Source: Antedon mediterranea (taxonomy: Eukaryota; Animalia; Echinodermata). From it: a stretch of 64,000 bases of DNA. Positions 1-12,859 of the stretch are shown here, in pieces. The position numbers and the translations under genes are program-made. Under the pieces are notes generated by a model. The model ran no database searches, was not told the DNA's origin, and saw only the letters and a program-made list of their open reading frames with translations. The DNA lies in assembly GCF_964355755.1 (NCBI RefSeq), contig NC_092678.1, positions 9,068,422-9,132,421 of the forward strand, read 5' to 3'. Position 1 is the first letter of the stretch; each line of letters opens with the position of its first letter.

Positions 1-1624
1 AGTTTTTTTACGATGAAATTACTGTGTATTCGAGAACCATTTAGGAATTAAAAAAATTGTAAAGCTGTTTCAAAATGTGCCACGCCCATCTAATCTAATA
101 AAGTTCATTATGTTTTGTGAATTTCCTTTATTAATAATTTAATAATAAACTAAGCGACTTCAATTTCAATGTTATGGAAGTTACCATCTCCAGCAAGCAG
201 CGACCATGTGTCAGTTATTCCGTATGGCCAGGATTTGATGTGATTAGCTTTTCACAGTGCCCAATAAGAAATTTAATTTTTAGATTTTAATGAAATCATG
301 TTATTGCATATAACGCATACACGCGCTCAAAATTGTTACAATTAACTTGTTTAGAAATTAAAGTATGTTTCATTCAGGCAATTCTAAGTGGTGAAAAAAT
401 GGTTAAAATTGCTTAATTTTAAAATTAAATATAGATCGTCCGAATGTTTGGTGACCCCTATTTTTCATTTTATTTGTTTTTAAGTGTTTGTATCATACTG
501 TATGTATGATTTATTATGAAATTAAGAGAACAAAAGTTGATTACATCATCATTAATTGCATAATAAATTTTTTTTTTTAATATTTCGACAATCAAACAAA
601 CTATGACATTTTTTGGACCGAAATAACAAACTTAACCTTAACATTCTTCTATATATAAATTTACGTAAGGGCAAAATTCGGTAAATCGCGCCTTACTTTT
701 AGAATTTTTACTCGATGGTATATAAAGTTGGTTCGTACTTTCGGTACTGATTTTAACCACCTGATGTATTGTAACCCTGTTTACTAATTAAATTAAGTTA
801 GATAATTAATTATTGACGATTAAAACGAATTTAGGTTCAACGATTTGCCCCAAATAGGGATGTTTTCCGATCGTGGTATACACTGTCTAATGGATGTCCA
901 TATTGAAAAATACCCGCCACAAAAATGCGAGGAGGCTTCGCATTTTCCTATCTCCTCCTACGATAATTGTTTTTAATAGCTGAAAACCGGTTGAACAGCT
1001 CGAGTACAGTATCATAATGTTGAAGACAGGCCGATTTTCTTTAAAAAATACTATTTTGATAGATTTAAATATACGTTTATACAAATGTATTGATTTGCGA
1101 TGAATGGAACATTCCAATCTCTGTGTCGTTCCACAAGTGTCTATATATGAGGGAATATATTCCCTCAGGCGTTGTAAAGGAAAGTACTGTATACTCATAA
1201 CAGAACTTCGATCCATTTTTTTTCAATCTGTGCTGCAGAGGTTGGATATAATTTTTTTTAAACGGATAATGAGCTAGTGCTAGCGTTTTCAGTCGCCGTA
1301 TATTATGTACAAATCTTTATTATTGCAGTTAAAAACCCACATCATCACCCTTCCCTCACTGGCATGAGTAGCGTTGTAAAGCCATAGTAGAGCCTGATAG
1401 GCCTACGGTGCATCATATGCCCTAAACGCAAAACAACTTTGGTGGGTAGGGTAGGAACCAACTTAAGTATGAATTGGCTCTAAGAAACAATTGAAAACCA
1501 TTAGGCCTACTAATTAAGTTGAGTTAGATAATTTAATATTTATTGACGATTAAATCAAATTTATGATTTTCCCCGAATAGAGGTGGTTTTCACAAATTGT
1601 TTTACATTATATAAACATACACGT

Positions 1625-2010
1625 CGTAGTGATGTATCGTTACATGTACTGCTATTTCAATCTACTAGGACGGTGATACTGATAGTTTCAACAAAGTATT
1701 ACCGTACATCGCAATGTTTTACTGTGTTTAGTAGTATATTATTTGTAAAACATGAAAACAATTAATATTTTGTTACTAAATGGATAAAGAATATATTTAA
1801 AAATTGTTCCTCTTTGCACCCATCCTCTTCCCCATCCCTCAACCCTAATGTTACATACAAAACACAAATTAAGTTAGTTAAATTAGTTGAGTACATAAAT
1901 CACAGTGTCTATTTATTAGTTCCTGTAAACGACATGTATTATTGTCCTGCGGTACGTACATTTGAAATCGCCAGTTTTTTAACGCTGAAATTATTATGTA
2001 TTCGAGAACC
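1625..2010 (+). repeat. Dispersed ~400-bp repeat, copy 1 (copy 2 at ~9706-10125, partial copy at 1-40)
   Basis: Shared blocks gtag..gtatcgttacatgtact, gtttcaacaaagtatta, ttcctctttgcaccca and ggtacgtacatttgaaatcgcca. Confidence 0.8.
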
Positions 2011-2568
2011 ATCTGTGGGCACGACCTAGATGGTACGCGAGGAGACTCTCCTCTTGACTTCAGAAATTGGTTTAGAATGGTCAAATAATTGTTTTTGGCT
2101 TTAGTTACTTGTGACAATTTTACAAAGTGTTCCCTATTTTTTAGTCAAGGTGTTGTCAGGTCTGCATTGGTTTAACCTCCATTCCCTTGTTCACATCCTG
2201 CATAATTATAGCCCTTTGATGCCATTAAAGGTAAACCTACTACTGACTTAACAAGTATAGAATTAAGGGGGATATTTACAGTATGCTTCCAATTTTGTTA
2301 GATAGAGGAACAATTTGCCCTAGTTTCAATTCTCTACAGCCTGCTGTTCCTTAGACAAGGCAAGAATGGTCAAAGCTCAACATTATTGACCAGAGGAGAC
2401 AATTACCAAATTAGACCTACAGTACTATTAAATTCACTGTTAGAACCCTCAATCTGTCAATCAATGAACATTTTTAACTATTGTTTAAGCTCATTGAAAA
2501 ACAGTTTATTTTTACTCAAACAATCTCTACATTTTATATGGTAAAAACAAAATTTAATTTCATTTTAG

Positions 2569-3852
2569 ATGAATGGTTGCTGGATCCCAGATACACCTAT
2601 TGCTGTGGACTATTGGAAAAGACAGACATGTCCAGCTACAGTTTTCTTCCTCTCTCATATGCATGCAGACCACACATCAGGACTATCTTCCTCGTGGAAA
2701 GACAAGATATATTGCTCTGAAATAACTGCCAAACTTCTTGAATCAAAATTTGGCATCAAAAACAAATTAATTTGGCCTTTGACAATGGGAACAAGCCATA
2801 TTGTGGATCTTGATGTTATTAACTGTATCACAATGACTGTTACACTTATCGATGCGCATCACTGCCCTGGAGCTGTCATGTTTTTATTTGAGGGATACTT
2901 TGGTACAATTTTATACACAGGAGACTTTCGGTTTTGTTCAGAAATGTCAGCAGACCTTGGTGTTATAAGTGGTAAATGCATTGATACCTTGTATTTTGAC
3001 AACACCTACAATTCACCAGAGTTCTGCTTCCCTCCTAGAGAAGACGCCAGAGAGCAAATTTTCCAAATTATTAGTGACCACAAAGACTCTGTTGTAGTTA
3101 TTGGAATGTTCAATCTTGGTAAAGAAAACCTTTTAATTGATATTGCCAAGTATTTTGAAACAAGAATTGTTGTGAGTCCAGAAAAAATGTTTCAGATAAA
3201 CTTGTTAGACCTTCCAGATGTGTTTACAACTGGTGTTAGCACAGGGTGGATTCGTGTTGAAAAAAAAATGAAAATCACAAATAGTAACATTGAAAAGTGG
3301 AATAAAGAGAAGAGTGCTATTGCCATTTTACCAACAGCTCTTTTTTCAAGTTCTCAGAATTATAGAAATTCTAGAAAGATTTACACTGTGCCATACTCCG
3401 ATCACTCATCCTACCTTGAACTTTTACAGTTTGTGGCACGTGTAAAACCAAAAAGACTCATCCCAATTGTGAAAAAAAACGAGTTTTACTCAAAAATGAA
3501 CATTACTGACATACAACATTTTAATGATTTTCTTGATAAAAATCCACAAAAGTCTGTTATTGTACCAGATGTGTTTCAAAACTACTTCATCTCTTCTGGA
3601 AGTAAAGTAGTGAGGCCAAAGAATTATAATTTGAAGAGAAATCGTTCACTTGGTGTGCAATTTCATGATTCACCTGAGAAAGTGAAGATTCCGCCAAAGC
3701 AGCTACAATTTAAAAATCAAGATGAACTAACAACAAGAAAAAAAGAAAAAAGAAAAAAACTCAAGAATATGACGAAAGAAGACCGTCATATTTACCATCA
3801 GTGTATAGAAGAAGTGATTGATCATTTTGAAATGGAATGGTCTAAAAAATGA
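2569..3852 (+). CDS. DCLRE1B: 5' exonuclease Apollo / SNM1B (metallo-beta-lactamase, beta-CASP nuclease), 427 aa, uninterrupted CDS
   Basis: The N-terminus MNGCWIPDTPIAVDYW...FFLSHMHADHTSGLS, plus DAHHCPGAVMFLFEGYFGTILYTGDFR and VPYSDHSSY, match Apollo. The ATG directly follows a pyrimidine tract + AG (cattttag|ATG). AATAAA at 3966-3971. Confidence 0.95.
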   Translation: MNGCWIPDTPIAVDYWKRQTCPATVFFLSHMHADHTSGLSSSWKDKIYCSEITAKLLESKFGIKNKLIWPLTMGTSHIVDLDVINCITMTVTLIDAHHCPGAVMFLFEGYFGTILYTGDFRFCSEMSADLGVISGKCIDTLYFDNTYNSPEFCFPPREDAREQIFQIISDHKDSVVVIGMFNLGKENLLIDIAKYFETRIVVSPEKMFQINLLDLPDVFTTGVSTGWIRVEKKMKITNSNIEKWNKEKSAIAILPTALFSSSQNYRNSRKIYTVPYSDHSSYLELLQFVARVKPKRLIPIVKKNEFYSKMNITDIQHFNDFLDKNPQKSVIVPDVFQNYFISSGSKVVRPKNYNLKRNRSLGVQFHDSPEKVKIPPKQLQFKNQDELTTRKKEKRKKLKNMTKEDRHIYHQCIEEVIDHFEMEWSKK

Positions 3853-4269
3853 TAGGGTGAGATTTTACAGGTTTGACAAGTAAGTGTACAGTACTTTGTA
3901 GGATAAAAATTACTAGAATAGAATTCAAAAAATTGTAGACACAAAATGTCTAAAGTACTGTACTAAATAAATGACATTCTCACTTTTGATCCCCCTCTAC
4001 TCTATTCATTTCTTTCATTTATGTGATGAACACTTTCAGTATCGCAGTATTGGTTTGGATCAGTAATTATACTGCAGACTGATACATTTTATACCATCAC
4101 CCACATACTGTATTAGCGTCAGTGTTACAGTAAAGAAACATTTTTGAAATGTGAACTGTAATAACTGTAATACTTGTTTATATATTTAAAACTTTATTAC
4201 ATACAATATAATACTTTCAGTCAATTCGTTTGGTTGTCGGTGCTGATCAAGATGTTCAATGTCATTTTA

Positions 4270-4720
4270 TGTCGTACAATTTTGGAATTCAAGCGAAGTG
4301 ACTTATTTCAGGCGACAATTTTCCTCTAAACCCTGATTGGTAATCATCAAGTAATTTATAATCTTTTAGATGAATGTAACATAGGAGGTATAGAATCAAC
4401 ACCAGTGCCTTCCCCAGGATTGAGCCTTATTTACAAATTATATCAGATTTTTATACATTACCAAGAAACTGGGGCTGGACTGGTTAAAGTTGATATTAAT
4501 ATCTCCCATGATATACGATTCACAATCGGAATTTAGAAGTGAGAATTTATCTAGGAATTTATAATATTTGGATGGTCTGTAAATGCTTCCAACTTTGAAG
4601 GGTTTGGGTTTTAAACAAAATGGATATTAATCAGAACAGCCTCGGTCTCTTCAGGTACATCTGATCTACAATTATAGCTTAGCATATTTAACTTCTTTTA
4701 TCCTTCCGCATTGATATGGT
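4270..4720 (-). mobile_element. Degenerate LINE APE-endonuclease fragment
   Basis: Minus-strand pieces DVPEETEAVLINI / KPFKVGSIYRPS / IMGDININF, with stops and frameshifts. Confidence 0.65.
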
Positions 4721-5449
4721 ACTGTAGTTGCATTTACATTTAGTGCATTTCATAGCCCTATGTGAAGTAATATATTTGAAGTGGTAGACACAATGGCTGA
4801 CATTTTCCAACACAACTTTATTCAACAAGAGAGATCTCACTCTATCTAACTGAATCTTTTATTACATTCTTCCCACAAGTATTGTTACTATTAACTAACA
4901 TAAACATTAACACAATATATCATTCCATTTTGGAACTACAGTAGAAAAGTCAGATATTGATATCTGAGTTTTCTAGATCTAGAAAACTCAGATATATCTG
5001 AGATCTGAGTTTTCTAGACACCCAAAGAAACCGGATTCTTTTTTAACCAGAATATTGGCTATCTTAGTAGCATTTCTTATAGTAAATGGTGCATTTATAT
5101 CAATAACAGTATTACTGGTATGTATTGTTCACCAGAACTTAAAATATGATCATTGTGCAAAAAACATCTTTAATGTACATTTTAATTTTTAAATATTTAA
5201 AAATATGTACGAGGTCCACATACCGTATTTACTACTGTACACCATTTAACCAGTCTCGTGCATACAAGATAACTTTATTGTCAAATACTGTAGTTCAACG
5301 AAAGATTTGAAATTAGTTTTTCTCATGGCAACTTAATATAAAAATAGAATGAAATCAGTAAAATGTTACATCATATTAACAGGAATTACAAAATACAAAA
5401 AAGAGGATAAATGCTATTAGGTGTTCCCAGAAAATACAATTATTTGTGT

Positions 5450-5590
5450 TTGTTGATTAGCTTTGCGAACAATTGCTGTAGCCTGGTCTGTCCAGGTAAG
5501 TTTCTCATCAATCATGGTTCCTAAATATTTATATTTGTCAACTTGTTCAACAACTGCTCCGTCACTGTTTACTCTTATTTTCTTTCCTTA
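5450..5590 (-). mobile_element. LINE (L2/CR1-group) RT C-terminal fragment
   Basis: Minus translation AVVEQVDKYKYLGTMIDEKLTWTDQATAIVRKANQ. Confidence 0.75.
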
Positions 5591-6749
5591 ACTCTACCCT
5601 TATGATATTCTTTATGTTTAAACTGTTTGGACTTGGTTTTGGTTTTAACAAAGTGAACATAGTCTTGGTCTATTTAATAACCTTGGTCTATGTTTTTTTT
5701 ATTACAGATAATTAATTTCTATTTGAAAAGGGGTTGTATACTTTTGTCTATCATTATTCATTAAGGTTACTTTACTAATGTCATCTGCTGTGTTAGTGTT
5801 ATTGGAAACTTATCTACATTTGAAAAGCAATTTATATAAACCTTCTCATTATAGTCTGTTTTTTAGGATAATATATCAGAATTACCAGGATTTTTTTATT
5901 TTCTGTACTTTATTGAGTACAGCATTCGTGCCACCACGACTATATAAAGTAGAAACAGTCAACAACACATAGTGTTTGCCATATAAATAATTTAGTTATT
6001 CCAAAAACAATGGACCGTGCCTCTTGCTAGAGCATAATTTTGACTCTTGGACAGGGTTTGAGAAGCAAACGTAACCTCCATTTAGTATTATACGGCGGTG
6101 CATCACAAGCTAAATGGAGTTCCCTGTTTACATCATAATGAACTAATATCTGACTGTCTCTTTCTTAAGCGCAAACAAAATTGCTAGTAGTAAACACCCT
6201 TTTTAAATAAATCGTAAACAAAATGTGAATGTTGAGTTTTTTTTTTATTGTTTCTTTTGCCTATCTGAAAATTTAATAAATAAATGTTAAATTTTTGGTG
6301 ATCTGACTGGTTCACATCTCTTGTATGTGAAAACGGTGAAAACTCATGAGGTACATTTTGCTAGGCACAGATGTTGTTGTAACAGTAATTTACGGCAATC
6401 AGCTGTACGCCGTGTGTGCACAGCAAAGTTGTAAATCTTGTGATTTTTCTGAATTCACATTCCTGATACGTTTTAAAAATATGATTCTTAGACTAAGGTT
6501 GTTCTTTAACTGTGATCAATGTTAATGTGTTTATTAATTTTACCAGGCCAAAAAATGTCAAAGTTGATGGATCTATATCAGTAATCAACTACAGCTTGGA
6601 GCAAGACACTGCCAGCACTTTCTGTTAAAATAATCTGCGTGTTTTGCGGAAGTGATTAACTTGATTCAAGCTAAAAAATCGCCTATTTAAAATCTGATTT
6701 TATTGATCTTGATTGTTTTATGTATCTGGAGGATAACATATGGTTTAGT

Positions 6750-7111
6750 TATCTTTTAACAGTAGAACATTTACATTGACAAAGAGTTGTGCAAGGAAGA
6801 TTTTCTTGTGCAGCAACACTTGGTAAAGGCTTCAGGTATTGTTGTCTAGAATGGTTCTTCATAAGATCCAGCTACCATTTTCCAAGCAAATCCAGTTGGA
6901 CTTGGAAGCTTCTGTTCTGAAACATGCGTGTAGCCCAAATACTAGCCTGATACACTGTCCTGTTTGTGTGCTGCAAAAGTGCATTCTGGGTAGGTGGAAT
7001 TTTGTCTACAGCTTGACTTTTCTGGGAGAAGAACTCCATACGTGCACTGTTTACATCCATCAAATTACTTGTTTTGTCATATAATACAAATGTATTGCTT
7101 AAATCTATCAA
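6750..7111 (-). mobile_element. C-terminal fragment of an Academ(X)-type DNA transposon protein (XPG-like end + Cys-rich tail)
   Basis: ARMEFFSQKSQAVDKIPPTQNALLQHTNRTVYQASIW, followed by a degenerate Cys-rich segment (TKCCCTRKSS...CQCKC). Confidence 0.55.
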
Positions 7112-8760
7112 TCACCGATTCGATGTTGATCTGCCTCTTTCATGATGAATTTCCAGCATCATTAAGCTGTCCAATCTGTCCTCCAGCATTGTTGCCAAAA
7201 GGTCATTTTTATTTAACCTCATGCTGCTGAAGTTGCATTCACATTCGGCTGTAGATACAGGGAGTGCACACGCTATTGTTACTATCTTCTCCAATTTCAA
7301 GAAGGCTTCTTTTAATTTAGAGACAAATGACTGCAGTTGTAAGAGCGTAGACGGACACTCTTCCTTCTCCTTTCTTCTCAACATATTTGTGTTGCATTTA
7401 AACAATTCCACAAACTTTAAAACAGATGGCTCATCCAAAAAGGTTTCAGCACTTGAGCATTGTTTGAATGTTCACATCATCAAATCGATACTTTAGTTCA
7501 GATTGGATGCAGTCTATTATTTTGAAAACTTTTCCAACCATGTTATCAAAGCTATCTGATACGCATTTTGCTTTCCACAGCACATGTCCTATCACTAGCA
7601 GGTATTGAACAAATTTCCTGTCTATCTGTAACAGGAGTCCTGTTGCTTTGATTCTACAGCTAGAGTTGGGATCAACTTCAATAATTTCCTCCAGAACCTT
7701 GTAAATAATACTCAGGCGTTTTCAAACAACATCAAACTGCTTTGCTTGACAAGACCATTGGGTGTTAGACACTTTGCAGATTTCCATGTGTCGGAGTCCG
7801 TATTCATGTGTAGATTTCTGAACAGTGAAATGCATTTTACTGTTGAAACTACATCCACAGTCACAAGATTTAAACGATGCGCAAAACAATGAACATAATA
7901 GGCGGTTTCTACATCCATTTTCTCACGAAGCTTTACTTGGACACCGCTTTAATGGCCGGACACAACAGAAGCCCCATCATTTTGAATGTTATGATGAGTA
8001 TATTTTACATTTGCTGGACCAGATCGTACTCTGTCTGCAATAACTTCATCATGTTTTGCTACCAAAGATAAAATGGCCAAGAAGTTTCTGCATGATGATC
8101 CAAAATTCAATTTGTCCAAATCAACATTTTCTTTTCTATGTAACGACATTGTCTCCCTCTGAGCAATTTTTCGCTGAGCCGTTAAGAGTAACACTAGCTT
8201 TGCACAATGTTGTCAAGTAATGTCGGTTTTGCTGTACAATGACATTATGTGCTGCATTTTGAAGATCTGTAATTGACTTGAAGGTTCCAGCCTTAATTGC
8301 ATTATATTTAGATAATTTCTCTAAACTATCGATATGTTGTTGACTGAGTTTATGTTTTAGTAATTTGTTATCACTAGTCTTGTCTCCTTAGCATTTTTTC
8401 CAATTACAAAATCTGGTGTTTAGAAACGTAGATTCTCCTTTAGAGCTGTTCGAAAAATGTCTGCATTGAAAACAATAAACAGAGTCTTCCTCCTTGGAAT
8501 ATTATAACCATGGATGTTGATCATAATGACTTGGTTTAAATTCCTTATACCGCTGAGTGATTAAATGTCGGGGAAACTGGATATCCTGTGGTTGCACTGG
8601 CCTTTCGTCACATAACCAAGATATGTCTTTATGGCCTATTGCCACTTCTTCACCTTGGTGATGATGCATAGTTTGATCTGCACACCTGTCCCCCAACACA
8701 TTATCTTGTTCTTCAAAATTTCCATCATCGTATCTGTTGTATTATTAAGTGAAATTCATC
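7112..8760 (-). pseudogene. Decayed hAT (ZMYM1-like) transposase
   Basis: TTF-type zinc finger (QPQDIQFP...HPWL*YSKEEDSVYCFQCRHF), GSSCRNFLAILSLVAKHD, YYVHCFAHRLNL and the dimerization motif ALPVSTAECECNFSSMRL. Several frameshifts and stops. Confidence 0.85.
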
Positions 8761-9289
8761 TTTGTCCATCTCCACATCAGTCTCCTCTACATCCAAAATT
8801 TACCCTGAAATGGATATTGATAATACTTATGACCGTAGGCTTTACTTAATATTTATTATTTATGTTAACAGTAATTCTATTTAGTACTGGACATAAACTA
8901 CCAAACAGTGTAACATTTTACCTTCAGTTTCTACATATTCTGATTCAGAATCCGTCATAAGCTCATCGGTACCCCCTAATTTAAACTCTGAACTTGTTCC
9001 AGGCATCACATCTGTAAAAATAAGCACGAATTGTGTTACTGTTAATAACAGGGTTATAATATTTAAAATATTTTTATACAATACAAATTCGCATTAGTAG
9101 AAAATTAAAAAATTTGCTTTCATCAATTACTCTATCATCATTATCATCAAGTCTTTTTCTCTTGAACGTTTGTGCTGTCGTGCTACTACCAGAAAAAAAA
9201 ATAGTCCATTGTTTTCTGATGCTCGCCTTCAATTACTGAAGTCGTTACACACCTTCCTGTCAAAAACACATCTTTATGCTTCGATTTTG

Positions 9290-9500
9290 TGTGTCTTTGT
9301 GCATAATCGTTTTTAAATTCTTCGTTCAAGGTTGGAAATGATAGGTAGACGGGTAATGATTAGGTCAAATGTATGGCCGTGTTCATGAGTTGGAGTTGTA
9401 ATGCGTTGAAACAGTTGGTAATCATTTAGAAGTTGCATAAATCGTCAGAGGAATGAATCCTGTACATTGTCAGAATATGGATGTTGAAATCACCTATAAT
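9290..9500 (-). mobile_element. L2-type LINE APE fragment
   Basis: Minus translation FMQLLNDYQLFQRITTPTHEHGHTFDLIITR. Confidence 0.7.
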
Positions 9501-9705
9501 TGCAAAATTGTCAGAATTCTTTGAGAAGTGTCAGCCCCACTGGCGCCACCACTGACATAAACCATTGTTTGTCACCATTTGAGGCACAAATGTCTTACTG
9601 TGTGGGTGTGTACTGTATAAACACATAATTATACAATAAACTTTATTACTGACAGTTGCTTCTCAATGTTAATTGTATTAATTAATATTACAACAAATAT
9701 AAACA

Positions 9706-10125
9706 TTGTAGTGGTGTATCGTTACATGTACTTTACTATTTCAACTGACTATGACAGTGACAGTTTCAACAAAGTATTAGATCGCAAATGTTTTACTGTG
9801 TTTAGTGTTATATATTATAAAACATAAAAACAAATATTTCGTTAATGATATTGATAAAGAATATATTTTAAAATGGTTCCTCTTTGCACCCATTCTCTTC
9901 ACCATCCCTGTTACAAACAAAAAACAAATTGGGTTTGTTAAATTTGACTCAACAATTTTCAAAAAGTTTCTCTTTCAGAATTTCCAGGATGCTAATTTTA
10001 GTTGACTACATAAATCACCGTGTCTATTTATTCATTCCTGCAAACGACAATGTATTGTAGTCCTGTGGTACGTACATTTGAAATCGCCATTTTTTATGCT
10101 AAAATTACTACCGTATGTATTCGAA
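9706..10125 (+). repeat. Dispersed ~400-bp repeat, copy 2 of 1625-2010
   Basis: Colinear similarity with 1625-2010. Confidence 0.8.
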
Positions 10126-10225
10126 GAATATAAGAATGGCTGCAAAATTATTGAAAATCAAAATTGATTATGTTATGTCAAAAATTGCCTTGAAATCGAT
10201 GTCCGATATAATTTGTTGATATGGT

Positions 10226-10538
10226 ATAATAATAATAATAACTAGTTCATTCTTATATAGCGCATATAAGCAAGCTCTCAATGAGCTGAACATTATTACC
10301 CCAGTCATTTTTTGGATCAAACACGTATGGAAACATACTTCCATAAATGCAGCTAGTAATCAGCGCAAAGTTGTTTCTTTATCTATAAACCGGGTACCCT
10401 TTATACACCTGGGTGGAGAGAGGCAAATGTAAGTAAAGTATCTTGCCTACGGATACAAGCTATGCGGCGAGAGTTGGATTCGAACCTCGGTCGCACGATC
10501 AGTAGTCCAACCTCCAACATACTGCGCCACACGCCCTC
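10226..10538 (-). mobile_element. tRNA-derived SINE (CORE-like), near full length
   Basis: Minus strand has an A-box TGGCGCAGTATG, a B-box GGTTCGAATCC, a central block ggcaagatacttt...ctctctccacccaggtgtataaagggtacc and a (TTA)n tail. Second copy at 54665. Confidence 0.85.
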
Positions 10539-10557
10539 ACTAATACTGTATGCAGTA

Positions 10558-10660
10558 CAGTAGAACCATTAAAAAAGGGGACATCCAAAAAGTTTCTCCT
10601 AATAGGGACATCTGTACTAACCAAAAACTGAAATTGTCCCCTTAATAGGTGTTTCACAGG
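10558..10660. mobile_element. Small Tc1/mariner (Tigger-like) MITE remnant
   Basis: Starts TA|CAGTAGAACC and ends in a degenerate inverted copy (ggtgtttcacag). The same start occurs at 33164. Confidence 0.45.
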
Positions 10661-11239
10661 GAAAAAATGAACAATTGAAATTTTAGCAACCAACATTTCA
10701 CCAATGAAAACTGTCAAGCAAGAGAAAGTAATATTAATTTTAATTGAGGCGCTCCAGCTCAAAATCAGCATCCAGATACATTTTTTTAATTCCTATCTTT
10801 TTAAAATTCATATTCTTTACATATTATTAAGCTTTACAATGATATATCATACATATATATATATAAATTTAGTTGAACATATCCAAAGTTATAAACCAAA
10901 AACTAAACAGCACTTTCACTAAAAGGAAATCCAGGTTTTAGAGGAAAATGACAGAGCGTAAACTGTGCTGGTTTTGGTAAAGGACAGTCAAAACACCATG
11001 GCAACACCAAAGTTCCCATTGTCTGATTCTAAAGAAATTTTACACACACAATAACAATACAATAAAGAACATTAGTTGTTAAAATCATTAACTTATTTCA
11101 ACATTATCATTTTCAAAAACAATATTTTCCCAACAAAATGAAAGTCGACACTGTCACTTTAAATCTATATTAATATTATTGCAAATAAATAAATTGCTAA
11201 ACAAGATTTTTAATTCTACAACAATATTGCGACAGGACC

Positions 11240-12422
11240 TTTACTCGCTTGGAGCGGCATACACAATATTTCTTACCTCAAATTTACAAAACTCTCGTAT
11301 CGAGTCATAGAGGTAGATAAGATAAGATAAATTTATTGAACAAACGCTTTTGTTTATAAGACAAGGCAGTGTAAAAACTTAACTAAGAAGCGAATTATAC
11401 AGGTATAATTGCCTTTTAAATGATAAAACCGGGTATGGAATGGGTTCTAGTAAAATAAGTGGAGGTATGTTGTTTACATTCTTGAGCAACTGTAGGCTTT
11501 GTTCTGGCGTATCAATAGACTCTTGTAATACACCATTCCAGGATTTTCTGACGAGAATCGGATGTGGTGCATCTTTAGGATATTAGGCAATTTCCTAAAA
11601 TAGGGTGATAGGAAAGAATTCCAGTCATATGTTTTAACAAATACCTTCCATCCTTCATTTTCAACAAGTTAGGGAATGTTCACACTCGTTGTCGAACTTG
11701 TATGCACAACGTCTTCCATGTCTGTAAGCGAACAAAACATCGAAAGTAACGCTGCTTCAGAAGTCCGAATGCCTAATCCGGTGAAAACTTTGTGTGGCCG
11801 GCTATCATGAAATGCAATGCCAATGATGCATGTAGGTTGTGCATACAGCGCCAGCTTAGGTACTTAGCTACCACAAAAGGTAGTTATCCTTGTTCTGGCC
11901 ACTGCAATTCAATTCAAAGTAACATTTATTACACCTTTCGTATTACAAAATTGATTTCAATGTACAATATATATATAACCGATTGTAGAAAGAAGAAGGT
12001 ACAAGCCCAGAAAGATGAAAAACACATCACACAAAGTTAAGTTGACATTTAGTTTTTCCAAGGCCATAAGTAGCAAAAAAATGATGTACATAACTTATGA
12101 CGCTGTTTGCGCCTTTAGATGCTTGACTTCCTTCGTCAATTCAATTAGTTAACTTGTTTTCCTAGGCCTTCTGCAGCAACACCAAAAATGCCACATTTGC
12201 GCTGGGTAATGAAGTAAATTGAGCCAGGTTGATCTGGATCAGATGGATAAAGAACCTGCTGTGCAAAGTAGTCAAAGCTGTAATGACTTTTCTTTTTCCT
12301 TGAAGATGGAGCATGAATCCCTAAACTTTCACCTTTCAAATTTGCTTTTGCATCCAAAACATTACTATAGAATTCTCTTTCTTTACTGACTTTGTCCAAA
12401 TGATCAAGTTGATTTGCCAGTC
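11240..12422 (-). pseudogene. Decayed intron-containing DNA transposase, Sola-like
   Basis: HYSFD..QQVLYPSDPDQPGSIYFITQRKCGIFGV, LIDEGSQASKGANSVISYVHHFF, NCSGQNK, FMIAGHTKFSPD*AFGLLK and YDWNSFLSPYFRKLP. Splice acceptor at 12423. Confidence 0.65.
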
Positions 12423-12859
12423 TATAGAAAATAAAAACAAAGTTAGAGTTATATAAAAACAACACTTACCAATGCAAAAACTCAAAGGCTTGTCGACAAA
12501 CTCTAAAACCATCGACTTTGTATGTACAAGTTCTTTGTTTTTGGGCCTTTCGCTTGGTTTTTATGTAAAAAAAAAATAAAATTGAAAATTGTTTCAAATT
12601 CGCTGAAATTGAACATTATGATAGTTATTACATGGGTTGGTCTATTGTGACACAGCGCCGCTTTCAAGCTGGAGCGCATTGTTATCATAATCATTAAAGA
12701 ACAATATAAATTATAACTAATAGTTAAGTCTTATCTTTTGTGTTGGAAAAAAAAATGCCTCTTAATAAGGGTTGAATCAACCATTTGACACACTGTAATC
12801 TTTTTATGAGTGGCCAAAATAAACATAAAATGTATATTAAACAAAACTGAGTTTTCAAA

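Noticed and set aside
10465-10538. tRNA gene (A and B boxes)
   Set aside because: No full cloverleaf. It continues into a SINE body and tail, with a second copy at 54665.
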